The translations under genes were made by a program, and so were the position numbers. From Polyangiaceae bacterium (GTDB lineage: Bacteria; Myxococcota_A; Polyangia; Polyangiales; Polyangiaceae), in NCBI GenBank assembly GCA_050287085.1, contig JBNKBE010000023.1, positions 1-64,000 on the forward strand: DNA of 64,000 nt. Direction: 5' to 3'. Below the pieces are notes generated by a model. It saw only the letters and a program-made list of their open reading frames with translations, was not told the origin of the DNA and did no database searches. Below are positions 46,959 through 56,538 of the stretch, piece after piece (within the stretch, counting starts at the first letter, position 1; each line of letters begins with the position of its first letter).

Positions 46959-48725
46959 ATGCGCCCCCAGACCCGGTCCCTGAACAGCGCCGCCTTCCCC
47001 CGTCAAGTCGGACGCTATCGGCTGCTCTTGCCTCTCGGCACGGGCGGAATGGCCACCGTCTATTTAGCGCGCACTACCGGAGTCGGCGGCTTTCAGCGGG
47101 ATGTGGCACTGAAGCTGATCCATGCCCATTTGCGGGCTGACGAGGAAAGCAAGCTTCAGCTGCTTGATGAGGCTCGCCTCGCAGCACGCATCCGCCATCC
47201 CAACGTGGTCCCGGTGCTGGAAGTCGGAGAAGACGCCAGCGGCGTATTTCTGGTGATGGAATACGTCGAGGGTGACACGCTGTCGGGACTGGTACGCAAT
47301 GCCAAGAAGCAGGGTCGTGACCTCTCGCGAGCAATGCTTGGACGCATCATGTGTGATGCGTTGCTCGGCCTCCACGCCGCCCACGGTCTTACCGGCCCGG
47401 ATGGCACCCCGCTGGGACTCGTCCACCGCGACTTCTCGCCGCAGAACATACTGGTCAGCGTAGAGGGAATGACCCGGCTCTCCGACTTTGGCGTCGCCAA
47501 GGCGCGCGACCGTGCCGTGCGAACCAAAACCGGGCTCACCAAAGGCAAGATCTCCTACATGGCCCCGGAACAGGCGCGCGGGCGCGCTATCGATCGCCGC
47601 TCAGATGTATGGGCCGCCGGGGTGGTGCTCTGGGAGCTGCTTGCTGAGCGGAGAATGAACAACGGCGACGACGACGTGGCGACGCTGCTATCGCTGGTGA
47701 CGGAGCCGCGGCCCCGCCTCTCGTCCGTCGCAGAAGTGCCGGAGCAGGTCGATGAAGTGGTGGCACGAGCCCTCGCACCCGAAGCTGCAGATCGCTACGC
47801 GAGCGCCGATGAGTTTAGGCTCGCCATCGAGGACGCCTTCAACCAATCCGGAATCGGAATAGCCCGCCGGGAAGCGCTCGCGGCTGAGGTGCGCAAGGTG
47901 ACCCGCGATATGCTCGCGGAACGCGAAAGGCAGGCGGCCACCGCGGAAAGCGCGACAATCACGCCTCCACCGCCGCCCCCAAAGCCGCTGGCGTGGCAGG
48001 AGTCGAAGCCTCGCCCCAAGGGGCCGTCCGAACCCGCAGAGCCAGTGACGCAGACGGCAACTCCCCTCACCCAGGCGGCAGCCAAAGCGGCGGCAGGGAG
48101 CGACCCAAACGACGCAACCCTCAGGATTCCGACCCTGGCCGAGCGCCACTCGGCAGATCCGCGGCACGCCGCAACAAGAGCGGATCGAGTGCGAGTCGGA
48201 GGCGACGAGGAGATGACCCAGACGTCGGCGGTGATCCCGGCTGTGCCTGCGCGACGCACCGCAATTTGGGGGTGGGTAGGCGGCGGCATTGCGGCGACGG
48301 CATTGGGACTGACTCTCCTGGCCACCCTATCCGAACCAAACACGGGCACCGCTGCACGAACAGCCGCCGAGGACAGCACTAGCATAACTCCCCCTGCCGG
48401 GAGCACAGCGTCCAATACCGCGCGGTCAGGCGGTGGGACGCTCCCTCCGGAGGCGCCGTCGATGCAAGCGGCAACGGCCCCAACGACTTCGAGCGGCGCT
48501 CCAGGCGACCCCACGGCGGGCCCCCTTCCGGAGGCCAAGCCACCCACCGAAGAGCCAGCGCAGAGCGAGGGCAGCGCTTCCTCCGACAAGCCCAAGATCC
48601 GGAAAACGACGCGCTCCGTACCACCTCGCTTGCGGCCCTCGCCCGGAATCAAAGCCCCGCAGCCAAGGCAAAACAAGCCAGGACTTGCCAGCAACCCCTA
48701 CGACACGCAAAAGTCCTCACCGTGA
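46959..48725 (+). CDS. Hanks-type Ser/Thr protein kinase with TM helix and Pro-rich extracellular tail
   Basis: GTGGMA, VALK, HRDFSPQN, DFG, GKISYMAPEQ, DVWAAG, and a C-terminal NPY motif. Confidence 0.95.
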   Translation: MRPQTRSLNSAAFPRQVGRYRLLLPLGTGGMATVYLARTTGVGGFQRDVALKLIHAHLRADEESKLQLLDEARLAARIRHPNVVPVLEVGEDASGVFLVMEYVEGDTLSGLVRNAKKQGRDLSRAMLGRIMCDALLGLHAAHGLTGPDGTPLGLVHRDFSPQNILVSVEGMTRLSDFGVAKARDRAVRTKTGLTKGKISYMAPEQARGRAIDRRSDVWAAGVVLWELLAERRMNNGDDDVATLLSLVTEPRPRLSSVAEVPEQVDEVVARALAPEAADRYASADEFRLAIEDAFNQSGIGIARREALAAEVRKVTRDMLAERERQAATAESATITPPPPPPKPLAWQESKPRPKGPSEPAEPVTQTATPLTQAAAKAAAGSDPNDATLRIPTLAERHSADPRHAATRADRVRVGGDEEMTQTSAVIPAVPARRTAIWGWVGGGIAATALGLTLLATLSEPNTGTAARTAAEDSTSITPPAGSTASNTARSGGGTLPPEAPSMQAATAPTTSSGAPGDPTAGPLPEAKPPTEEPAQSEGSASSDKPKIRKTTRSVPPRLRPSPGIKAPQPRQNKPGLASNPYDTQKSSP

Positions 48726-48889
48726 GGCACCTATACTGTGACCTGGACAGGGTACTAGCTCTGAAGCTCAAGCGTGAACCATCCGTGCAGTGCTCCGCGG
48801 CACGGCGTGTCCTGACGGGCTGCCTCGCAACGTTCTGTCACGCCGGGAGGGGAGCCGCCAGACGTCGGAGCCCACGCGGGTTTGCCACA

Positions 48890-49726
48890 ATGGCGGTTAT
48901 CGCACTTGCCCTGTTGTGGAGTTCAACCGTACACGCGGACGCCCAAGACCTATTCGAGAAGGGGGAGCAGGCGTTCCAGGATTCCGATTTTCGTGCCGCA
49001 GCCGAAGCCTTTGAAGCCGCCCATCAACAACGACCCCATGTCAGCGTCTTATTCAACGCCGCCGTCTCATGGGATCACGCGGGTGAGACGGCCCGGGCGG
49101 CCACGGACTATTCGTCTGCGCTGGCCCAGGGCGGACTCACCCCCGCCCAGGCCCTGCAGGCCGAGTCGCGACTGGACGCGCTCACGGCTGTACTGGGTCT
49201 TGTCCAGGTCTCCCAGCCCGTCGGTGGAGCGGTGACGGTCGACTTTGTGGACGCTCAGGCGATACCCACTCGCTTCTACTTGCCGCCGGGGCACTATCAA
49301 GTGAAGTTGGAGACGGAGCGTGGGACCGCGATGACGCCAGTGGAAGTGCGCGCCGGCGAACGCTTGAGGCTCGTCTTGAATGAAGTTGAACGCGCGGTGG
49401 TTTCGCCTGCGCCACCCCCCGAGCGCCCGTCTCCCGTCGAGCCGCCAGCCAAGACGACCCCAGAAGGGGACAGCAGTCTCTGGAAGCCAACGCTGGGCTG
49501 GATCGGACTGGGCGTCGGCGTCGCGGCCAGCGGCGCGGCCATCTACCTGGGCCTTGGCGCGCTGAATGCTCGCGCTCGATTCGATTCCTCGGGTCACACC
49601 GACGCCGCGGCACGCCAAAGCGCCACAACGCTGCGGGCAGCCACCAATGTAGCCTGGGGCGCAGCGGCCCTATTCGGTATCGGCGGTGGCGTTCTGCTGT
49701 TGACGACCCCCACCTTTGAGTTCTGA
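48890..49726 (+). CDS. Secreted/membrane TPR + PEGA-like protein (kinase-associated)
   Basis: Signal peptide ending VHA, TPR (LFEKGEQAF...AAEAFEAAH...LFNAA), PEGA-like LPPGHYQV, and C-terminal Gly-rich hydrophobic helices. Confidence 0.72.
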   Translation: MAVIALALLWSSTVHADAQDLFEKGEQAFQDSDFRAAAEAFEAAHQQRPHVSVLFNAAVSWDHAGETARAATDYSSALAQGGLTPAQALQAESRLDALTAVLGLVQVSQPVGGAVTVDFVDAQAIPTRFYLPPGHYQVKLETERGTAMTPVEVRAGERLRLVLNEVERAVVSPAPPPERPSPVEPPAKTTPEGDSSLWKPTLGWIGLGVGVAASGAAIYLGLGALNARARFDSSGHTDAAARQSATTLRAATNVAWGAAALFGIGGGVLLLTTPTFEF

Positions 49727-49830
49727 CCGACTCCCGGACCTACTCGCTCTGGCCGGGCCCCTTGTGTCGTGCTTCGCACGCCCGAACCCGCTGAGACCTC
49801 ACTCTGACGCGCGAGCGATCGGAGCCGGTC

Positions 49831-52800
49831 GTGACAAGCTTGATGACGAAGCGCGCAAAGCGCGCTAGATACAACACCGTGGTCAATAGCCAAGAGTCGC
49901 AGCCCTGCGTCTGGCGCTTTGACGTTCTCATCGCGGGCCGTAGCGAACAAGACGGTGTTCCGCTACCGCTACCACACGATCAGCTCGTCGACGCACTCAG
50001 AGCCCAGCTCCCCCCGGTTCCACGCGTTCAGTCCAATCACAAGACAGACGACGCCCTCAGCCAAGACGTTCGCCTACTGGGCACGTTGCTGGGTCGCATC
50101 ATCTTCGAACATGCCGGCAGAGACTTCTATGTAAGCGTCGAGCGCCTGCGACAGGTTGCAAAAGCAGCGCGCAAGCAACCCGGCGGTCCCAATTGGGTTG
50201 AGCTCGCCAACATCATCAACGATGCCCTCGCCGAAAAGCCACCACTCGAAGCGATCAAGTGGCTGGGGGATTGGGCGTCGGCCTTCCACCTATTCCTGGT
50301 ACTGTGTCGTATCGCAGAGGCGGTCCATCACGAGAGCGCGGGCACAACGCTCAACTCGATGCTCGAAGAGCTCGTTGAAGCTCACGGCAGCGAGAAGCTG
50401 GCTGAGGCCTCCCAAACTCGACTGCACCTAGTTGCGACCGCACATCCGACCAAGATCCTACGGCACCGCGTCCTAGCCCATCAGGCAGAACTCTACGGCT
50501 TGGTCCAGGCGTTGAGATCGCCTCACCTGGACTCCGGCTTTGAGCAGGTCGAACTGCTCGAACGGATCGCAGAGAAGATCGAGGTCTTGTGGGCGACTCA
50601 GTTCAGTCGCGGCCAGAAGCCACGCGTGTCCGACGACATCGATCACACGCTGACGTTCTTCAACCGAACATTATACGACACGCTGCCCCGCTTCGAGCAA
50701 TCGCTTGCCCGCTTCTTTGCCTACCGCACCGGCCAAGCGCTTCCAGTCCCCTGCCAACCGCGAATTACGTTGGGGAGCTGGGTGGGTAGCGATCCAGCCT
50801 ACAACCCCGGTGTAACGGCGGAACTGTTCACGGAAGCCCTGCGCAAGAACCACCACAGCGTCTTGCTTCACTACGCCACCGACCTGCAGCGGCTCGCGCC
50901 GCGTTTGAGTCACGCAAGCTACCGCGCGGAATTGTCGCCAGAGCTTGAGCAGACGCTTACTTCCGACTTAGACGACATGATGAGTCAGGGCTTGGACGCA
51001 AGCCACCTGCTTCGCTACCGGACGCGAGAGCCCTACCGTCTGAAGCTGGAACTGATGGCCGTTAAGCTTCGTCAGACGTGCGCGGCACCTCTCCTCGACG
51101 CAAGCGGCGCTCGCCCGAACTTCTCCTATGCCCGGGTGGAAGATTTTCGCCGTGACCTAATGCTTGTCGACTCGTCCCTACGAGCCGCTGGCTATCACCG
51201 CTCCCTCGACGGGGACTTCGCGGTGTTGCTCAGCAAGGTAGACCACTTCGGCTTTCACGCCACGGCCATGGATCTTCACGAACATGCCGACGTTGTGCTG
51301 CTGGCGGGCCGCGCAGTCATGGAAGCGCTGAGCTCTGCAGTCGACGGAGGCGTACCGCCTGCCCTGGACGAGGCACGCTCGGAGCAGATGCTCACCGAGC
51401 ATCTGCTCTGCCTCGACGACAAACTGATAGCGCCGCTGTTCAGCGAGTTTGATCCGCTGCCCCCGGGCTACGATCAGCGCTCAGAAGTGCGGCGCCTACT
51501 GTCGATGCTGAACGTCACGCGCCGCGCTCACCGAACCCTCGGTCCGGCCAGTGTGCGCGGATGGGTCCTGACCATGACTCAGAGCCCAGCCCAAGTCTTG
51601 GCGGCACTGCTGCTCCTCAAAGCGCAGGGCATCATCGACTCGGAAAGGGATGTCCGCTGCGGGCTACGCATTATTCCACTTTTCGAGACCATTCAGGATC
51701 TGGAAAACGCGAGCACCATCATGGGTGCTCTCTTCGAGAATCGGGCGTATCGCGCGTACCTATCGCAGTGCGGCTACGAGCAGATCGTGATGCTGGGCTA
51801 CTCCGATAGCGGCAAGGACGGGGGGTACTTCTCCTCCAATTGGGCTATCTACGAGGCTCAGACGCAGTTGCTCTCCGCCGCCCACGAACACGGTATCACC
51901 CTCCGTTTCTTCCATGGCCGCGGGGGCAGTATTGGGCGCGGCGGGGGTCCTACTCAGTGGGCGATGATGGCCCTCCCACCGGGCTCCACCGAAAACGGTC
52001 AGGACCTGACGGAACAGGGCGAGGTTCTAGCCCGCTACTACTCCGTACGAGACGACGCCGAAGCGCACTTCTCTCGTCTAATCGGGGCCCTCTGGCGAAG
52101 GTGCCTGGCACCACCGGCGGAGGCGTCCCCCGACTTCGTCGAGGCCGCGCGAAAGCTCTCGCAGCTTTCCGCACGCGCCTACCGCAAACTGATCGACGAG
52201 CCGGACTTCATCACCTACTTCGAGCGTGTTACCCCCAAAGAAATCGAATTGGTGAAGCTCGGCTCACGGCCAGAAGTGCGCAAGTTGGCGACCCAGGTTT
52301 CGGACGTCAATGCCATCCCATGGGTGTTCCGATGGATCCAGTCTCGCCAAATGCTCCCCGCCTGGTTCGGCTTTGGCACCGCCCTCGAAGCCTTCGTCGA
52401 AGAGTCGCCGGATCCCAAGCAGTCCATGCTGTGCCTACAAAGCATGTACAAGGAGTGGGCGTTCTTTCGAAGTGTGGTCAACAATTGCGAAACGGCACTG
52501 CGCCACACAGACCTCGATATCGCACGGTACTACGTACACACCTTGGCCGCTTCGATGGAACCCGCAGAGCGTATCTTACGCACGGTGCGTCATGAGTATC
52601 ACTGCACGACTCGAGAACTGGAACGTGTCACCGGGAAACCGCTTCTTGGTCTCCCCGAGCAAGAGGCGATCGAACACTCCATTTCCATTCGCGAAGCATA
52701 TCTGGACCCGCTGAATTACATTCAGGTGCGTCTGCTAGAGCGCTATCGGAGCCGCTTGCTCGAAGGCGCGGGCACTGAGGAGCTAGAGTTATATGAACGG

Positions 52801-52854
52801 GCGATCGTATCTAGCATTGAAGGCATCGCGACGGGTCTAGGGACAACCGCCTAG
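49831..52854 (+). CDS. ppc: Phosphoenolpyruvate carboxylase homolog, divergent active site (start uncertain)
   Basis: DVRLLG, TAHPT, PLFET, MLGYSDSGKDGG, FHGRGGSIGRGG, TEQGE, GSRP and YLDPLNYIQV. Confidence 0.88.
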   Translation: MTSLMTKRAKRARYNTVVNSQESQPCVWRFDVLIAGRSEQDGVPLPLPHDQLVDALRAQLPPVPRVQSNHKTDDALSQDVRLLGTLLGRIIFEHAGRDFYVSVERLRQVAKAARKQPGGPNWVELANIINDALAEKPPLEAIKWLGDWASAFHLFLVLCRIAEAVHHESAGTTLNSMLEELVEAHGSEKLAEASQTRLHLVATAHPTKILRHRVLAHQAELYGLVQALRSPHLDSGFEQVELLERIAEKIEVLWATQFSRGQKPRVSDDIDHTLTFFNRTLYDTLPRFEQSLARFFAYRTGQALPVPCQPRITLGSWVGSDPAYNPGVTAELFTEALRKNHHSVLLHYATDLQRLAPRLSHASYRAELSPELEQTLTSDLDDMMSQGLDASHLLRYRTREPYRLKLELMAVKLRQTCAAPLLDASGARPNFSYARVEDFRRDLMLVDSSLRAAGYHRSLDGDFAVLLSKVDHFGFHATAMDLHEHADVVLLAGRAVMEALSSAVDGGVPPALDEARSEQMLTEHLLCLDDKLIAPLFSEFDPLPPGYDQRSEVRRLLSMLNVTRRAHRTLGPASVRGWVLTMTQSPAQVLAALLLLKAQGIIDSERDVRCGLRIIPLFETIQDLENASTIMGALFENRAYRAYLSQCGYEQIVMLGYSDSGKDGGYFSSNWAIYEAQTQLLSAAHEHGITLRFFHGRGGSIGRGGGPTQWAMMALPPGSTENGQDLTEQGEVLARYYSVRDDAEAHFSRLIGALWRRCLAPPAEASPDFVEAARKLSQLSARAYRKLIDEPDFITYFERVTPKEIELVKLGSRPEVRKLATQVSDVNAIPWVFRWIQSRQMLPAWFGFGTALEAFVEESPDPKQSMLCLQSMYKEWAFFRSVVNNCETALRHTDLDIARYYVHTLAASMEPAERILRTVRHEYHCTTRELERVTGKPLLGLPEQEAIEHSISIREAYLDPLNYIQVRLLERYRSRLLEGAGTEELELYERAIVSSIEGIATGLGTTA

Positions 52855-52888
52855 CCTTCGGACACGCGCCCGAGCAACGCTGCCGGCC

Positions 52889-54019
52889 TCACTCGCGAAG
52901 CAGCGCGCCTTTGCCAAAGTTCCACTGGACGCTCACCAACATGTCGAGGCCTGCGCCAAGGGGCGGTGGCCCGTGGCCCGTTTCGACTATCTCGAACATA
53001 TTCGTAACGTCGAGGGCTAGGCCTAGCTGCTCGGTCACCGGCGCACGAAGGCCAGCGCGGGCAACCCCCAGAATCCGAACGAGCCCCCGCGTGGTGGCGA
53101 CCGAACCCACGCCAAAACCCACGCTCGCCTCGACACGGCCGCGCGGCCATGGGTTTGCCAGAGCCAGCACCCGGGTCCCCACTCGTGGTGCCGGAGTCGG
53201 ACTTGGCGGAAGCGCCAGCGGCGTCAGGCCGCTCAGCTCGAGTGCGCCATAGCGACTGAGATTGAGTCGCCCTGTCAGCGCTACCACCAGCACTGACTCA
53301 ACAGCCCCGGTCCACAACCATGGCCCCCCAGCCGCCCCAACGCTCACGAAGGGTTGAACTCGCTCGGGTGCCGTCTTGGGGGTTGAGCGTGGGGCGCCCC
53401 TGTCTTCTCGTTTCGCGCGCGTGCGACCCTCGGCTCGACCGTCCAGCGCTGTCGCTGCGTCTCGGCCCCGCTTCACCTGCACACGCCCCTCGGCTTCCGC
53501 CACACGGGCGAACGTGGCCGCAAAGACGGGTGTGACCGCTCGTTCAAGCACGCCGGCCCCGCGCATATCCACCCGCATGTGGGAGTAGCCCCCGGGTGCT
53601 GCGCCCGGCGCCACCCAGAGGCGTACAACGCCAAAGTGGTCCTCCCTGAGGGCCTGCAAGACGACGACGGCCTGGTATGTCTGCGCATGACTCGGCATGG
53701 CTCGATCCTGCGTTCGCCGCCCCGGCAACAAGACCACGCGAATATCGAGCGTGCGGAGCTCGGCAAGCAGCCGCCGTTCAGCGGCCTGCCACGCACGTCC
53801 GCCCTCTGTCTGAACCAATACGACCGACGGCGAGCCGGCCCCATGTGCCGGCGCTTCTGCGACGATGCAACACAGGACCGCAGCGAGGACCCCGAACCCA
53901 GCGCGGACACATCTCCGCGAGAAGGAACCGCTTGCCCGCGCCGGCGTGGCGCTCGTCAGTGGGGTCCGCAGCCGTCGCAACAGGCCTGGTAGCGAGACGA
54001 AAAAGGTTCTACGGGGCAT
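52889..54019 (-). CDS. Hypothetical exported protein, third gene of the ECF-FecR cassette (start uncertain)
   Basis: Signal-like GVLAAVLCCIVAEAPAHG, ERRLLAELRTL helix, and C-terminal amphipathic beta strands (LVSVQWNF). Confidence 0.55.
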   Translation of the reverse strand: MPRRTFFVSLPGLLRRLRTPLTSATPARASGSFSRRCVRAGFGVLAAVLCCIVAEAPAHGAGSPSVVLVQTEGGRAWQAAERRLLAELRTLDIRVVLLPGRRTQDRAMPSHAQTYQAVVVLQALREDHFGVVRLWVAPGAAPGGYSHMRVDMRGAGVLERAVTPVFAATFARVAEAEGRVQVKRGRDAATALDGRAEGRTRAKREDRGAPRSTPKTAPERVQPFVSVGAAGGPWLWTGAVESVLVVALTGRLNLSRYGALELSGLTPLALPPSPTPAPRVGTRVLALANPWPRGRVEASVGFGVGSVATTRGLVRILGVARAGLRAPVTEQLGLALDVTNMFEIVETGHGPPPLGAGLDMLVSVQWNFGKGALLRE

Positions 54020-54077
54020 CCACTGTCGGGTGTTGAACCGCGACAATACGCAAGCCAAGCTCGCGCACAACCCGCGC

Positions 54078-55640
54078 TCAGCGCGACTCGACCAAAGGGC
54101 GGGCCAAAGCCGCGCTGGGTCCAGCCGGAAAGCGCTCAAGGTACTTCGCCGCGGACTCGGCGGCCGCTTGACGCTGCCCCAACCGTTCGAGCGCCATGAA
54201 GAGTCGCGCGCGAGCCGACTCTTCGCGACGACCGAGCCCCTCTGCGAGATAACGCTGGAACCAAGTCGCGGCTCCCGCGTAGTCCTTCTGGTCAAACGCC
54301 ATCCGGCCGAGGGTGAAAGCCGCGTCATGAGAGCGCACGTGACCGCCGTAGCGACGCCGCAACTCCACCAGTAGCCTGCTTGCGCCTGCGGTGTCACCCG
54401 CAAGTCTGATCGCGTCGGCCAGCTGCCAGAGACGCGTCGCAGGCAAGCCTCCGGGATCATCCAGGACACCTCCCTGAGCCGCCGCGCGCATCGCTTCAGC
54501 ATATCGCCCCTCCTCCGCCAAACGCTCCCAACTGGTCGCCGCCGCATCGCCCTCCGGCGCGCGTCCCGCACCTCGGCGCGCGTCGCTCCGAGTGGCTCCG
54601 AGCGCCCGGCGCGCGTCCCGCACCTCGCTGCGGTTCCTCGTCGCCTTGTGCCGGGGCCGCGCGCGCGTCGACGTGCCCGGACCAGACGCCGTGCTCACTC
54701 GTTCGAGGCGTTTGCCCCCGCGCGACGCCGCCCGAACACGCGCTCCACCCGGCTGTTTTGCGACGCGCCTCCGATCCGAAACCGCCTCGGTCGAAGAACC
54801 TCGCGCTGACGCGCTCTCCTCACGCAGGGACAGTCCCAGGCCCGAACTTTCATCCTCGTTCAGCACGGGCCCAAGCACGTTTCCCACAGCAGGACTACCC
54901 ACAGCAGGACTCTGTCCAGCGGCTGTCGACGCCGATGAGGACGCCGAATTCCCCACCGCCCCGTCCCCCAAAATCAACTGACCGCCAGCGGAAACGATGC
55001 TCGAACGACTCGGCTGCCGGTCATCGTCCACCGCCACCTGACCGCGCTCAACTGCCACAAACAATCGTTCGGCGCTCGGCTCCCAGACGATGCGCAAGAC
55101 CGTCCCGAGGACCCGAACAGTGAAATGCCCCGCCTGGAATCGCCATTCGTATCCGGTCTTGGGCGTCACCTCGGCGCGCAGTTCGCCTTGCTCCAGTGCC
55201 AGCGTCGCGCCGGCCTCAGACACGCTGAGCAGCCGCACGCGCCCGCCGGGCTGCAAGCTGACTTGAGTTTCATCGCTGAAGCGTAGGACCCGCGGCACCT
55301 CACGACCCCGTAGCCATTCTCCGGCGCTCACCTCTGAGCCGTCAGCTGTCGCGACCAAGGGAGCCCGACCTCCCCATGACACGGCTCCCCACGCCACCCC
55401 CAATAACGCCGCGGCAATCCCAGCAAGAACCCATCCACGCATCCCCAAAGCCGCCGGACCCCTTGCCGGACCCCGTGCCGGGCCGCGCCTGCGCCGCGCC
55501 TCCATGGCCGCCAACACGGCCGCTCGTTCGCGCGTCAGACGCTCCTCCGGTGCGCTCCGCTCCAGGACCTCGCGCAGAAACGCCCCGACTCGCTCCGCAG
55601 CCTGGAGCTCATCTAACGGAGCATTAGGGCGGCTACTCAT
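54078..55640 (-). CDS. FecR-domain / TPR anti-sigma-like protein
   Basis: TM helix, FecR-like LRFSDETQV...LEQGEL...VRVLGT...VERGQV, and C-terminal TPRs (AAFTLGR, YLERFPAGP). Overlaps the ECF stop. Confidence 0.8.
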   Translation of the reverse strand: MSSRPNAPLDELQAAERVGAFLREVLERSAPEERLTRERAAVLAAMEARRRRGPARGPARGPAALGMRGWVLAGIAAALLGVAWGAVSWGGRAPLVATADGSEVSAGEWLRGREVPRVLRFSDETQVSLQPGGRVRLLSVSEAGATLALEQGELRAEVTPKTGYEWRFQAGHFTVRVLGTVLRIVWEPSAERLFVAVERGQVAVDDDRQPSRSSIVSAGGQLILGDGAVGNSASSSASTAAGQSPAVGSPAVGNVLGPVLNEDESSGLGLSLREESASARGSSTEAVSDRRRVAKQPGGARVRAASRGGKRLERVSTASGPGTSTRARPRHKATRNRSEVRDARRALGATRSDARRGAGRAPEGDAAATSWERLAEEGRYAEAMRAAAQGGVLDDPGGLPATRLWQLADAIRLAGDTAGASRLLVELRRRYGGHVRSHDAAFTLGRMAFDQKDYAGAATWFQRYLAEGLGRREESARARLFMALERLGQRQAAAESAAKYLERFPAGPSAALARPLVESR

Positions 55641-56283
55641 CATCCACCTCACGTTCAGCTCGGCTCATGCGCTCAGCGAGCTCCGGATAACGCGCGCAGA
55701 ACGCGCTCAAGCGCCGCTGCGCCTTGCTCAATCGACGCTTCACCGTGGCTAGGGAGCATTCGCACAGTTCGGCGGTCTCGACCAAAGACTTCTGCTCGAT
55801 GTGGCGCAGGGAAAACGCAAGACGCTCAGCGCCCGGCATCGCGTCGAGTTCGCGATACAAGCGCCAAAGCAAGTCTCTTTCTTCTACCCGAGCGGCACCG
55901 TCCAGATAGGGGCGCGGCGCCCGCGCGGCGCTCAAAGCAAAGAGGCGCCGCACCGAACGTTTGCGAAATTCGCTGCGGACATGATTGACCGTCACCGACT
56001 GCACCCAACCGCGCAGACTGTCAGCTTCACGAAGGAGCCGAACGTTTGAGAGCAGCTTGAGAAACACCTGCTGCACCATATCCTCGTGATCCGCGTCTGC
56101 ACCCAGCAGGCGCCACACGAGGCCGTCTACCATACCGCTAAAACGATCGTAGAAGAGCGCCGCGCCAACGTCCGGATCAGCCTGTAGGCGGCGCAGCAGC
56201 TCGACGTCGTCTCCCCGCCAGGGAAGCACGGCCACAGACGCCCCGCGCGGTCCAGGGGACTCCCGGGGAAAGGAAACAGTCAT
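55633..56283 (-). CDS. ECF RNA polymerase sigma factor
   Basis: Region 2 HEDMVQQVFL...LRGWV; region 4 ERLAFSLRHIE...SLVETAELCECSLATVKRRL. Confidence 0.9.
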   Translation of the reverse strand: MTVSFPRESPGPRGASVAVLPWRGDDVELLRRLQADPDVGAALFYDRFSGMVDGLVWRLLGADADHEDMVQQVFLKLLSNVRLLREADSLRGWVQSVTVNHVRSEFRKRSVRRLFALSAARAPRPYLDGAARVEERDLLWRLYRELDAMPGAERLAFSLRHIEQKSLVETAELCECSLATVKRRLSKAQRRLSAFCARYPELAERMSRAEREVDDE

Positions 56284-56538
56284 TGGCGTCATCCGAGAAT
56301 AGCGCGACACAGGTGGTAGGGCTCAAGAGGCGATCTGCAACAATGCGATCGAAAGGGTTCGGTTCGGTTGTCCCGCCAACATAGCGGCACGATCGGACGC
56401 TCCGAGCGCCCAACGGGAGTTCTTGCCGACAAAGACGCTCGGCCGCCTCGTCGCGGCTCACTCCTTTGCCTCCGGGCCGATAACGCTGGCCGCGATTTCC
56501 TCGGACAGACATCCAGCGTCGCTGGTAATACGAGGGCC

